From: Candidatus Spongiisociaceae bacterium
GTDB lineage: Bacteria; Actinomycetota; Acidimicrobiia; Spongiisociales; Spongiisociaceae
NCBI GenBank assembly: GCA_965202665.1
Contig: OZ241841.1
Span: forward strand, 1,248,001-1,312,000
Direction: 5' to 3'
Length of the DNA stretch: 64,000 bases
A model generated the notes under the pieces. The model ran no database searches, was not told the origin of the DNA, and worked only from the letters and a program-made list of their open reading frames with translations. A program made the position numbers and the translations under genes. Positions 9,397 through 18,688 of this stretch are shown piece after piece (the first letter of the stretch is position 1; the number at the start of each line of letters is the position of its first letter).

Positions 9397-10428
9397 ATGC
9401 AACCCGTACGGCACAACTTTTATTCCGACACCCAGACCCGGCCGGGGCCGGGGATGCTGGCCGCGGCGGTGGAGGCGGAGGTGGGCGACGAGCAACTGTT
9501 CGCCGACCCCACCACCCTCCGCTTGGAGGAACGGACCGCGCAACTGCTGGGCAAAGAGGCGGCCGTTTTTCTGCCCACCGGCACCATGTGCAACGAAATC
9601 GCCATCAGGGCCCACACGCAACCGGGGGACGAGGTTATCTGCGAACGCTCCAGCCACATAGTGGTGATGGAAGGGGGCGGCCCGGCCGCCCTGTCGGGGG
9701 TGATGATCAACGGCTTGGACGGGGAGCGGGGGCGTTTCACCGCCGACCAGTTGCGGGCCGCCCTGCGCCCGGCCTCCCGCTACATGCCCCGCTCCCGGAT
9801 GGCGGCGGTGGAGCAGACCGCCAACTTGGCCGGCGGGACGGTGTGGCCGGTGGGGGAACTGGACGAGGTGGCGGCGGCGGCCCGGGAGGCGGGCCTGGTC
9901 ACCCATATGGACGGAGCCCGGTTGCTGAACGCCGTCACGGCGACCGGCGTCGCCGCCGACCGTTACGCCCGGGACATGGACAGCGTGTGGCTGGACCTCA
10001 CCAAAGGCCTGGGGGCTCCGGTGGGGGCGGTGCTGGCCGGGTCGGGGGATTTCATCGAACGGGCCTGGAGGTGGAAGCAGCAGTGGGGCGGTGCCATGCG
10101 CCAGTCGGGGGTGCTGGCCGCCATGGGGATTTACGCTTTGGACAACAACGTGGAGCGCCTGGCCGACGACCACCGGCGGGCGGCCCGCATCGGGGAGGCC
10201 CTGGCCGGAATGCGGCTGGCGGCGGAGACGGCCCCGGTGGAAACCAACATCGTGGTGGCCGCTCTGGCCCCGGAGATGACCGCCCCCCGCCTGGCCGAAA
10301 TTCTGTTGCGGGCGGAGGCGGCGGTTTCGGTCCTGGATGAGCGCCGAATCCGCATCGTAACCCACTTGGATGTGGACGACGCCGATGTGGACGCCCTGCT
10401 GGAGGCCCTGTCCGCCGCCCTCGACTGA
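9397..10428 (+). CDS. ltaE: low-specificity L-threonine aldolase (PLP-dependent)
   Basis: SDTQTRP, PTGTMCN, HMDGARL, LTKGLGAPVG, GGAMRQSG motifs. Confidence 0.88.
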   Translation: MQPVRHNFYSDTQTRPGPGMLAAAVEAEVGDEQLFADPTTLRLEERTAQLLGKEAAVFLPTGTMCNEIAIRAHTQPGDEVICERSSHIVVMEGGGPAALSGVMINGLDGERGRFTADQLRAALRPASRYMPRSRMAAVEQTANLAGGTVWPVGELDEVAAAAREAGLVTHMDGARLLNAVTATGVAADRYARDMDSVWLDLTKGLGAPVGAVLAGSGDFIERAWRWKQQWGGAMRQSGVLAAMGIYALDNNVERLADDHRRAARIGEALAGMRLAAETAPVETNIVVAALAPEMTAPRLAEILLRAEAAVSVLDERRIRIVTHLDVDDADVDALLEALSAALD

Positions 10429-10544
10429 GGCGGGGGCCCCTTCAGCCGCCCCCCGTCGGCACCCCAAATATCTAATTTTGCATAAGGGTATACTGAATTT
10501 ACCATAAAAAATAAAGTGCTATGCTAAAAAAACAAGGAAAATTC

Positions 10545-10558
10545 GCTAATGCATTAGC
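10545..10558. promoter_or_regulatory. perfect 14-bp palindrome in the AT-rich promoter of the AAA+ gene; putative operator
   Basis: GCTAATGCATTAGC inside a ~125-nt AT-rich stretch (10465-10588), 30 nt before the ATG. Confidence 0.5.
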
Positions 10559-10588
10559 AAAAATTCGAGAAAAGGTAAGGAAAGGGCT

Positions 10589-11989
10589 ATGAAGCCGGGC
10601 TTTATACAGCAAGAATTGGTCAGAACCAACCGCTGGTGGCATGAACCCGAAACTTGGGATCGCGATGACGAAGACCTGAATCGAGCCTCCCTGGCTCCTT
10701 TCGACTATTCGGCGAGCGTCTTGGACGATTTGGCGCCCGGGGGCCTGTACACGCTGAGCGGGCCTCGTCGGGTGGGAAAATCGGTGGCGGTGAAGCAAAC
10801 CATCAAAAGGCTGATAGGGGACGGCGTAAACCCAGTCTCCATATCCCATTTTTCGGTCGACGGCTGGCGGGTGGGTGATTTGACGAAGTTGGCGAACGCC
10901 GTCCGCCAGATGAGCCCGTGGAGCGGGAGCCGTTACTGGTTTTTAGACGAGATCACGGGAATGTCGGGCGAATGGCCGCACCATATCAAATGGTTGCGCG
11001 ACAACTACCCCGGCTTTGGCCGCGACACGGTGATTCTCACCGGTTCCTCCTCCTCCGACCTGCGGGAAGCGGCGGGCTTGTGGGGAGGAAGGCACGGTCC
11101 GGCGACTGACCCGTATCGGGTGCTGTTGCCGATGGGGTTTCGTTCTTTCGCCGCCCTGATCGGATCGCCCGGGGGAATGCCGGAGCAGGTCGGCCCGTTG
11201 CGCATCGCCGACCTTAGTCGGCAACGGCTGACGGAAGCGACCTACCAGCTGATGCCCTGGCTGAATGACCTCATTCAGGCTTGGGAAATATATTTGCAGG
11301 TGGGAGGCTTCCCAGAAGCGGTGAGCGACTACCTGCGGGCCGCTAAAAGCCTGTTGCCCGATGAGCTGTTTCGGATTATCAGCGGAGGGGCCTTTCGCAG
11401 GACGCAAATGTCCAACCTGCAGTCCCGCATCTTGTTGCAACTGCTGACCGAAGGATTATGCTCGCCGACCAACATCGCCAACTTGGCCCGCGACCTGGAT
11501 GTAACGAGCGTCACTATGAAACAGCGGCTAACCGACTTGCGGGAGTCGTTTGCGACGTGGCCCGCCCATCGCGAAAAAAACGGACGAGCCCAACTCAGGG
11601 CCCGTCGCAAGACGTACTTCACCGATCCGATATTCACCAGGCTGGCGGACGACGGCTGGTTGGATTTGAGCATCCTGTCCGAACAGCAACTGGGGATGGC
11701 CCTGGTGCGCAACCTGGAACGGCGGTACCCGGGCAGCTATATGGACTTTGGGCGGGTGCTCTACCACCGCACCCCCGCCGGGGCCGAAATCGACTTTACC
11801 GGCCCGGACTTCGGCGGCGCGGCCATCGAATCAAAATATGTGGACGATGGCTGGAGAAGGGGGGCCCTCCGCACGCTGAAGGCCTCCCCCTGGGAAGGGA
11901 TCGTGGCCACCCGCGGCCTGATCGACCTGAGCGACCCGGAAGCGGCCGCCGTCCCCGCCGCCTTCCTAGCCTGGCTACTCGACACCTGA
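10589..11989 (+). CDS. AAA+ ATPase (AAA_14) with wHTH and C-terminal DUF4143/PD-(D/E)xK domain
   Basis: Walker A GPRRVGKS, Walker B WFLDEI, LTGSSS, YLQVGGFPE, HTH-like NIANLARDLDVTSVT, RKTYFTD, EIDF...AIESK. Confidence 0.85.
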   Translation: MKPGFIQQELVRTNRWWHEPETWDRDDEDLNRASLAPFDYSASVLDDLAPGGLYTLSGPRRVGKSVAVKQTIKRLIGDGVNPVSISHFSVDGWRVGDLTKLANAVRQMSPWSGSRYWFLDEITGMSGEWPHHIKWLRDNYPGFGRDTVILTGSSSSDLREAAGLWGGRHGPATDPYRVLLPMGFRSFAALIGSPGGMPEQVGPLRIADLSRQRLTEATYQLMPWLNDLIQAWEIYLQVGGFPEAVSDYLRAAKSLLPDELFRIISGGAFRRTQMSNLQSRILLQLLTEGLCSPTNIANLARDLDVTSVTMKQRLTDLRESFATWPAHREKNGRAQLRARRKTYFTDPIFTRLADDGWLDLSILSEQQLGMALVRNLERRYPGSYMDFGRVLYHRTPAGAEIDFTGPDFGGAAIESKYVDDGWRRGALRTLKASPWEGIVATRGLIDLSDPEAAAVPAAFLAWLLDT

Positions 11990-12018
11990 TTACCGGGTGC
12001 GCAGACCCGATGGGCGAC

Positions 12019-12480
12019 TCATCCCCGGGCCGAACGGCGGTCCGTGAAAAAATCTTCCAGGGCCCGGCGGCACTCCGCTTCCCGCACCCCCGCAACCAGC
12101 TCCATCCGATGGTTGAGACGACGGTCTTGGGGGATGTTGTACAAACTCCAGGCCGCGCCCGCCGCCGGGTCCGACGCCCCGTAGACGATACGCTCCAACC
12201 GGGCGTTGACGGCCGCCCCGGCGCACATCGGGCACGGCTCCAAAGTAACCACCAAGGTGCAGCCCTCCAGCCGCCATCCGCCCAAAACGCGGGAGGCCGC
12301 CGACAGAACCAGAATTTCCGCGTGAGCGGTCGGGTCGCCGAGTTGCTCGCGGCGGTTGCGGTCGGCGCTCACCGGCCGGCCGTCCGGGCCCACCAAGACC
12401 GCCCCCACCGGCACTTCGCCCCGCTCCGCCGCCTCCCGGGCCATCGCCAGCGCCCCGTCCATGTGCTCGACCCAAGACAT
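12019..12480 (-). CDS. tadA: tRNA-specific adenosine deaminase
   Basis: GEVPVGAV, DPTAHAE, TLEPCPMCAGA, LNH motifs. Confidence 0.93.
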   Translation of the reverse strand: MSWVEHMDGALAMAREAAERGEVPVGAVLVGPDGRPVSADRNRREQLGDPTAHAEILVLSAASRVLGGWRLEGCTLVVTLEPCPMCAGAAVNARLERIVYGASDPAAGAAWSLYNIPQDRRLNHRMELVAGVREAECRRALEDFFTDRRSARG

Positions 12481-12513
12481 AACCGCCCGTCCGTTCCTCA
12501 GCCGTACGCCGAA

Positions 12514-12784
12514 ACCGTGCCGCCCGCCGTCGAATGCCGATGCCGCGGCGCTGAAACGGCCGCCGGCTCGGGCCAGGCAACCCCGCGGCGCCCGGCGAAC
12601 AACGCTTAGGGCTGCTTCCTCCCGGACCTGACCCAGTTCACGAAGACGCCGCCGCGCGGGACCCAGCGGTCAACACTGCGCACCGCCCGCTTACCGCCGC
12701 ACCGCACACCCTTCGACGGGCGATCCGCCCCGCCTAAGAGGGTTTCGGGCTACAGGGCACCCCTAGCGCCCCGCGTAGCACGGT
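12514..12784 (-). ncRNA. ffs: signal recognition particle RNA, large (Alu-domain) bacterial type
   Basis: Minus strand contains helix 8 GTCAGGTCCGGGAGGAAGCAGC, a 5' Alu-like ACCGTGCTACGCGGGG...GGTGCCCTGTA, and helix-6 flanks GTGTTGAC...GGGTTGCCTGGCCCGAGC. 5' ACCGTGC pairs with 3' GCACGGT; ~271 nt. Confidence 0.92.
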
Positions 12785-12855
12785 CGGGGCCCACATTACA
12801 CGACTTGCGGAGATAAGTTAACCGCAGGGAAGCGCCCGGAGGCGGGCCAACCCGG

Positions 12856-12945
12856 CGGAGGGAGTGGGATTTGAACCCACGAGGCGCGGATAACGCCAAC
12901 ACGCTTTCCAGGCGTGCGCACTAGGCCAGACTATGCGATCCCTCC
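12856..12945 (-). tRNA. tRNA-Ser (anticodon GGA)
   Basis: Acceptor stem GGAGGGA/TCCCTCC, anticodon arm CACGC-CTGGAAA-GCGTG, long variable arm, GGTTCAAATCC T-arm; CCA not encoded. Confidence 0.95.
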
Positions 12946-12994
12946 CCTGCCTCCTTAATATTAGGCGCTTCCAACGGCCTTAGCGCGCCGGGGG

Positions 12995-13630
12995 TCAAGG
13001 CTTGGTCAAAATCACCCCGTATACGAAGCCGAGCGGCCCCATGCGCCACGACTCCGACACTTGCAGGGGCCCCCCGGCGTACAACTCCTCCGGCGGGGGG
13101 AAGCGATCCAACGACCGGTGCAGATAGCGATATTCCCGCCCCGCCCCGATGGCCGCCCCCGCCAAAGGCAACAGCACGGCGGTGCCCGCCCGGTGCAGGG
13201 CGGCCAGGGCCCGGCGGGCGGGCCGTCCCAAGTCCACAATCCCCGCTTGGCCGCCCGGCCGCAACACCCGTGCCGTCTCCGCCAAAGTTTCCGGCAGCGA
13301 ATCAAGGTTGCGCACCGCAAAAGCCGAAAACACGGCGTCGAACGATCCGTCGGCGAACGGCAGCCGCTCCCCCATTCCCTCCACCCGCCAAGCGGCCGGG
13401 TTGCGTTCCAGCATCTCCGCCACCGGATCCAGCGCCGCCGTCTCCCGGCCGCCGAACAGGGGGAGGGCCGCCCCGGTGCCCGACCCCAGATCCAACAGGC
13501 GGCCCGGGGGCAGGCGGTCAGCCACCGCCCGGCGCCAGGCGCGGTCCCGTCCCAGGGAAAGAATTCTGTTCAGCCGGTCGTAGCGGTCGGCGATCTTGGC
13601 GAAAACCGCGTCCGGGGTGCGGGAGGTCAC
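12995..13630 (-). CDS. UbiE/MenG-family SAM-dependent methyltransferase (probable demethylmenaquinone methyltransferase)
   Basis: FAKIADRYDRLNRILSLGRDRAWRR, LLDLGSGTG, LPFADGSFD, RVLRPGG, YRYLHRSL. Confidence 0.8.
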   Translation of the reverse strand: MTSRTPDAVFAKIADRYDRLNRILSLGRDRAWRRAVADRLPPGRLLDLGSGTGAALPLFGGRETAALDPVAEMLERNPAAWRVEGMGERLPFADGSFDAVFSAFAVRNLDSLPETLAETARVLRPGGQAGIVDLGRPARRALAALHRAGTAVLLPLAGAAIGAGREYRYLHRSLDRFPPPEELYAGGPLQVSESWRMGPLGFVYGVILTKP

Positions 13631-13643
13631 CGCCGCCCGCCGC

Positions 13644-14906
13644 TCACCGCCCCGGCTCCACCCGGTCGAATCCCACGTAGGGCTGCAGGGCGGCCGGGAT
13701 GGCGATGGACCCGTCCCGGCGTTGATGGTTCTCCATCAAGGCGATCAACATCCGGCCCACCGCCACCGCCGTGCCGTTCAAAGTGTGCACCAAGCGGGTC
13801 CCCCCCTCCGACCGGTAACGGATGGCCAGCCGGCGGGCCTGAAAATCGGTGGTGTTGGAACAGGAAGTGATTTCCCGGTAACGGCCCTGGCCGGGAATCC
13901 ACGCCTCCAGATCGTATTTTTTGGCGGCTGAGGAACCCAAGTCGCCCGCCGCCACGTTCACCACCCGGTAGGGGACCTCCAGGCTTTGCACGATCTGCTC
14001 CTCTATGGACAGCAGGAAATCGTGCTCCTCCCAGGAGCGCTCCGGGTGGCAGAAGGAAAACATTTCCACTTTGTCGAACTGGTGCACCCGGAAAATTCCG
14101 GCCGTGTCCTTGCCGTGGGCGCCCGCCTCCCTTCGGAAACAGGTGGAGAAGCCGGCGTAGCGCAACGGCAGATCATCCTCGTCCAAAATCTCATCGGCGC
14201 GGTAGGCGGCCAAAGCCACCTCCGAGGTGCCGGCCAAAAACAGGTCGTCTTTGGGCAGTTCGTAAACCTGCTGGTCGTCGTCGGGGAAAAACCCGGTGCC
14301 GAACAAGGCCTCCTCCCGCACCAGAACCGGCGGGACCACCGGCGTAAAGCCGTGGCCGCCCAGCAGATCCAAGGTCATGCGCACCAAGCCGAACTCCATG
14401 AGAACCGCCGGACCGGTCAAGTAGCCGAACCGGGAGCCCGACACTTTTGCCCCCCGCTCCATGTCGATCATTCCCAGCGCGGACCCCAACTCCCGGTGAT
14501 CCAAAACCGGCCAGTCCCGCTCCTCTATCTCCCCCCACCGTCTCATCTCCCGGTTGTCTTCTTCGGCGAAGCCGTCGGCGGCGGTGGGATGGGCCATGTT
14601 GGGGACCCGCGCCCACATCTCCTCAAAGCGTTCGTCCAGCTGGTCGGCTTCGGCCAGCGTCGCTTTGTAGCGTTCGGCCAGTTGGGAGGCCTCCCGTATG
14701 GCCTCCTCTTTGTCCGCGCCCCGCAGGGCGGGAATCAGTTTGCCGGACTTGCGTTGCCGGGCCCGCGTCTCCTCCGCTTGCGTCCGCACCCGCCGCCGTT
14801 CCCGATCCAAGTCGGCCATCGCCGGCACGTCCATGCTCAGCCCGCGCCGGCGGAGGGCCTCCCGCAGGGCGTCCGGGTCGTCGCGCAGTATCCGAATGTC
14901 GATCAT
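13644..14906 (-). CDS. serS: serine--tRNA ligase
   Basis: MIDIRILR, GTSEV, CFRREAG, GIFRVHQFDKVE, EITSCSN, HTLNGT. Confidence 0.97.
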   Translation of the reverse strand: MIDIRILRDDPDALREALRRRGLSMDVPAMADLDRERRRVRTQAEETRARQRKSGKLIPALRGADKEEAIREASQLAERYKATLAEADQLDERFEEMWARVPNMAHPTAADGFAEEDNREMRRWGEIEERDWPVLDHRELGSALGMIDMERGAKVSGSRFGYLTGPAVLMEFGLVRMTLDLLGGHGFTPVVPPVLVREEALFGTGFFPDDDQQVYELPKDDLFLAGTSEVALAAYRADEILDEDDLPLRYAGFSTCFRREAGAHGKDTAGIFRVHQFDKVEMFSFCHPERSWEEHDFLLSIEEQIVQSLEVPYRVVNVAAGDLGSSAAKKYDLEAWIPGQGRYREITSCSNTTDFQARRLAIRYRSEGGTRLVHTLNGTAVAVGRMLIALMENHQRRDGSIAIPAALQPYVGFDRVEPGR

Positions 14907-15026
14907 CCCGGTTGATGGTACATCCCCCGGAGCCGCCGTAGTTCCAAAACCCTCTCCGCCCTCCCCTCCGCCCCGAACGAACCCGGTAATATGGAGCTGG
15001 CACGGGGAGCATTAAGGAGGGACGGG

Positions 15027-15308
15027 ATGGCGGAACAGGAAGCGCAAAAGTTCAACATTGAAGGGGCGACCCCGGAGATGCTGGCCGGGGTGTACGCCAA
15101 CTTCGCGGCCGTCAACCATTCCCCCTTCGAATTTACGTTGGACTTTTTCCGCCGCGATTTTTCCCGGGGCGGGGCCACCGGCCCGTTGGTGGCGCGCATC
15201 AACATGTCGCCCCTGTTCGTCCGCCAACTGATCGACATGTTGCAAACCAACTGGGAAAAATACGCCGACAAGGCGATGCCCCCCGAAGCGCGCGGCCCCT
15301 CCGCCTGA
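15027..15308 (+). CDS. DUF3467-like small protein
   Basis: GVYANFAAVNHSPFEFTLDF...ARINMSP pattern; strong AAGGAGG RBS. Confidence 0.75.
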   Translation: MAEQEAQKFNIEGATPEMLAGVYANFAAVNHSPFEFTLDFFRRDFSRGGATGPLVARINMSPLFVRQLIDMLQTNWEKYADKAMPPEARGPSA

Positions 15309-15315
15309 CGGCCCC

Positions 15316-16317
15316 CTAACCGGCGGGGTTGAACCGGATCCCCGACTCCCAAATGTTGTCCTCGGCGTTCACCTCTTCGTCCACCACCGTCAGGTTGAAC
15401 GAAAGCGAATAAGCCCGCCCCGGCTCCACCGGGACCGCATCGAACAGGACCGAGCGGTTCTCCCCCGCCGCCAAATCGATGCCGCGGCTGTCCTGGGTGG
15501 AAATCACACCCTCCTCGTTTCGGAAATTGGCCGACAGGAACAGGCTCTTCTGATCCACGTTGCCCCGGTTGCCGATTACCGCGCTGAACCGCAACCGGTC
15601 GGAGGCCGGAAAAATCATTTCCCCGCTGCTCCCTTGGGCGCCGGTAGGAAGCGGGTCGAACACCACCTGCAACACTCCCACATCGCTGCGCATGGCCATG
15701 GCGGTGCTGTTGCGGGCCGCCCGGGCCAGAATGTCGGCGTTTAGCAACACCGGATCGGAGGACACGAAAGCCACCTGCGGCAACTCCCCGATGGTTACGT
15801 CCAAGTCGTCAATCAGGGAAAGGGCGTTGTCGTAGGAAAGTTGGTACAACAGGTCGCCCACCCGCATGTCGGCGATGGCCGAAGCCAGGGTGTCCACCGG
15901 GGCGGAGGCCAACGGGTCGTCCACCAGTTGCAGAACCGCCGCCCGGAACTGATCCAAACCGGACGCCCAAGAACGGAAAGCCAAACTCTGCAGTCCGGCG
16001 GCCGCTTCCGCCGCCGGGGGGCGGTCCAGGCGGGAAAACGCCAGCCGATTCTCCACCACCTGCGAATGAAGCCGTTCCGCCAAGTTGTCGAAATCGTCGC
16101 GGGTGATGGTTCCGAACTGGTTGCGCACCAGGTTGCTGAACGAGTCGGCCGCATCCCCCGTGTCCTGGAGCAGGGGCCGGGCCTGGTCGAAGTAGGCGGC
16201 CAGCCGGCGGTTGTCGGTGCGGATCGCCCCGGTGAGCAGGGCTAAAACCAACGCCCCGATCACGGCCGGTACCACCCACCAGAGCAAACGGCGGCGACGG
16301 CGGTAGGAGTGGAACAT
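15316..16317 (-). CDS. membrane-anchored hypothetical protein (helical domain + C-terminal CARDB/Ig-like domain)
   Basis: Basic N-terminus plus one TM helix; helical middle region; beta-rich end AVIGNRGN...LAAGENRSV...DEEVNAEDN typical of CARDB-like folds. Confidence 0.6.
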   Translation of the reverse strand: MFHSYRRRRRLLWWVVPAVIGALVLALLTGAIRTDNRRLAAYFDQARPLLQDTGDAADSFSNLVRNQFGTITRDDFDNLAERLHSQVVENRLAFSRLDRPPAAEAAAGLQSLAFRSWASGLDQFRAAVLQLVDDPLASAPVDTLASAIADMRVGDLLYQLSYDNALSLIDDLDVTIGELPQVAFVSSDPVLLNADILARAARNSTAMAMRSDVGVLQVVFDPLPTGAQGSSGEMIFPASDRLRFSAVIGNRGNVDQKSLFLSANFRNEEGVISTQDSRGIDLAAGENRSVLFDAVPVEPGRAYSLSFNLTVVDEEVNAEDNIWESGIRFNPAG

Positions 16318-16468
16318 GGCGGGGGCGGCCGTTCAGCCGGACGCGCCTCGCCCGGGCGGCGGGGGGGCATGGTCGGTCATCGGTCAAAGATTAGGCGGCG
16401 GGGAAAACTACCTGCTCCGACCGGTTACAATATGCCTGGCCGGCGGCCGGGCCGGGCCGCGTTCAGCG

Positions 16469-16555
16469 GGGCGAGTGGCGGAATTTGGCAGACGCGCTGG
16501 GTTCAGGACCCAGTGGGCTTTTTTGCCCGTGGAGGTTCGAGTCCTCTCTCGCCCA
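16469..16555 (+). tRNA. tRNA-Leu (anticodon CAG)
   Basis: GGGCGAG/CTCGCCC acceptor stem, CTGGG-TTCAGGA-CCCAG anticodon arm, variable arm, GGTTCGAGTCC. Confidence 0.95.
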
Positions 16556-16558
16556 CCC

Positions 16559-17116
16559 TCATCTTCCCGGCGACGGACGCGGCCCCCGGCACACCAGCGC
16601 CGAACAGCGGACGGCGGCGGTTAAGCCCACTTGGCGGGCGCGCTCCACGTCCACGCAATCCCGCCGGGCGGCCTGATAGGCGGTTCCGTCGATCTCCACC
16701 GTGCAGGAGCCGGAAATGACGAAGATCAGCACATCCTCCTCCGGGGACACATCCAAGCGGTAGGGGTGGTCCGGGTCCAAGTTGACCGCCGTCACCCGCA
16801 ACCGCAGATCCGAGTCGGACAGGAGCGCCTGCGGTTGGTCGGTGCGCACCGTGCCCTGCCGGGCTCGATGGCCGCCCAGGCTGGGCAACAACTGGGCCAA
16901 AGGCAGATCCAGGGCTTTGCCGATGCGCAACAGCACCGGCAGCGACGGATGGGTGCGGCCTTTTTCCACATCGCTCAGATGGGCGGCGGAAATGCCAGCC
17001 GCCTCCGCCACTTGGCGCAAAGTGCGGGACAACTGGGCGCGCCGCTCCCGCAACCTGGCCCCCACCTCCTGGGAAATTTTGGCGGGCAGTTGCCCGACGT
17101 CGAAGCCGGCGGCCAT
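16559..17116 (-). CDS. XRE-family HTH + cupin transcriptional regulator
   Basis: VGARLRERR...LRQVAEAAGISAAHLSDVEKG..PSL; C-terminal cupin (EEDVLIFVISG). Confidence 0.85.
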   Translation of the reverse strand: MAAGFDVGQLPAKISQEVGARLRERRAQLSRTLRQVAEAAGISAAHLSDVEKGRTHPSLPVLLRIGKALDLPLAQLLPSLGGHRARQGTVRTDQPQALLSDSDLRLRVTAVNLDPDHPYRLDVSPEEDVLIFVISGSCTVEIDGTAYQAARRDCVDVERARQVGLTAAVRCSALVCRGPRPSPGR

Positions 17117-17118
17117 GA

Positions 17119-17664
17119 TCAAACCAGCGCCGGACAGGTGATGACCAAAGCCAGCACCGGCTCGCTCCCCTCGCAAATGATTTCGTGCGTCTCGTGGGAG
17201 GCGTAGTGCAGGGAGCCGCCCGGGCCCAAGCGGTAGAGGTCGGAACCGAATCGAAGGTCCACCCGGCCCGACAGCACCAGCAGAAACCGCTCCCCGTAAT
17301 GGCGGTAGACGGCGGGGGCGTCGTTCAGCTCCAGCACAAAAGCCGAATAGGACCCCGCCGCGCCGTGGCTTCCCACAATTTGGAACGACCGGTCGTCGGG
17401 CAGGCGCAACTCTTTCCCCTCCCCGGCCCGGGTTATATGCACCGCCGGCCCGGGGGCGGAGTCCAACAGGGTGGTCATCTCCACCTCCAAGGCCATGGCC
17501 ACCATGGCCAAAGCGGTCAGCGAAGGCACATAGGTTCCCCTCTCGATCTGGGAAATGTGGGAGGCGGTGTAACCGGTAGCCTCCGCCAAATCCACCAACC
17601 TCATCCCCCGGGCGTTGCGCAACCGGCTCACGTTGCGGCCCAGGGCGGCCAGTTCAATATCCAC
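17119..17664 (-). CDS. XRE-family HTH + cupin transcriptional regulator
   Basis: LGRNVSRLR...LAEATGYTASHISQIERG..PSL; cupin HYGERFLLVLSG...HYASHETH. Confidence 0.88.
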   Translation of the reverse strand: MDIELAALGRNVSRLRNARGMRLVDLAEATGYTASHISQIERGTYVPSLTALAMVAMALEVEMTTLLDSAPGPAVHITRAGEGKELRLPDDRSFQIVGSHGAAGSYSAFVLELNDAPAVYRHYGERFLLVLSGRVDLRFGSDLYRLGPGGSLHYASHETHEIICEGSEPVLALVITCPALV

Positions 17665-17687
17665 GCCCGGCTCCCCGCCGCCCCGGG

Positions 17688-18686
17688 TCAGCTTCCCAGG
17701 CGGTCGGTCAAAAACCGTATCAGGTTGCCGCCCATAACCCGGCGGGCTGCGTCTTCGCCCAAACGTTCCGCTAAAGCCTCCCCCGTCGCCGGATAGTCGC
17801 GGGCCGACCGCAGTTCCGGTATCACCGGGATCTTCTCCACCAAAAACCCTTCGCTGATGGGGTCCACGATGGGCATCAGGTCATCGATGAAATCCGCCCC
17901 CAAGCCGACCGCCTCCGGGCCGATGACCTCCGTCGCATGGGCGATGTGATCCACGTAGTCGGGGAGGGACGGTTGGGCGCTCAGGAACCCTCCGAAAGCG
18001 TTGGCGCACACTATTCCGCCGGTGGCGGCCACCTCCCGCAGTTGCCCGTCGGTCAAGTTGCGGGGGTGATCGTACAAGTCCCGGCAGGAAGAATGGGTGG
18101 CCATAATCGGGGCTTGGGCTACTTGCAGCACATCCCGCAACCCGGCGTCGGACAGGTGGCTTACGTCCGCCGTTATCCCGCAACGTTCAAACTCGGAGAC
18201 CGCCCGGCGCCCCAGGGAAGTCAGTCCGCCGCCGGTGGCCCGCTCCCCCACTCCGTCGGCCATCATCGTACGGCGGTTCCAAGTCAGGGAAGCGATGCGC
18301 ACTCCCAGCCGGGCCATGCCGTCCACCAGTCCCAAATCGGCCCCGAAAGGCTCGCCGCCCTCCAAAGCCAGCACCAGGGCCATCCGCCCCGAGCCGACAA
18401 CGGCTTGTATTTCATCTCCGGTTTCGACGATGGCGACATCGGAGGAGTGCAGGTCGGCCATCCAACGGGCCGTTTCCATAATCACCATCGCCCGGCGCAG
18501 GGCGTCGCCCCCGACGAACTCCTCCTCGGTGTAGATGGGAAGCACTTGCAGGACCACCCCGCCGTCCCGCAACTGCGGCAACCAGAAATCGCCGAACGGG
18601 TCGGAGAAACCGCGCCGGCGCTGGTGCTCCACCGCCAACAGCAGATCGTTGTGGGCGTCGGCTACCGGAAAGGCGGGGGCGGCCAT
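17688..18686 (-). CDS. membrane dipeptidase-like metallohydrolase (peptidase M19)
   Basis: DAHND, LALEG, LTWN, DVSH, THS, HPRNLTD, GADF; start MAAPAFP at 18686. Confidence 0.88.
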   Translation of the reverse strand: MAAPAFPVADAHNDLLLAVEHQRRRGFSDPFGDFWLPQLRDGGVVLQVLPIYTEEEFVGGDALRRAMVIMETARWMADLHSSDVAIVETGDEIQAVVGSGRMALVLALEGGEPFGADLGLVDGMARLGVRIASLTWNRRTMMADGVGERATGGGLTSLGRRAVSEFERCGITADVSHLSDAGLRDVLQVAQAPIMATHSSCRDLYDHPRNLTDGQLREVAATGGIVCANAFGGFLSAQPSLPDYVDHIAHATEVIGPEAVGLGADFIDDLMPIVDPISEGFLVEKIPVIPELRSARDYPATGEALAERLGEDAARRVMGGNLIRFLTDRLGS

Positions 18687-18688
18687 GT

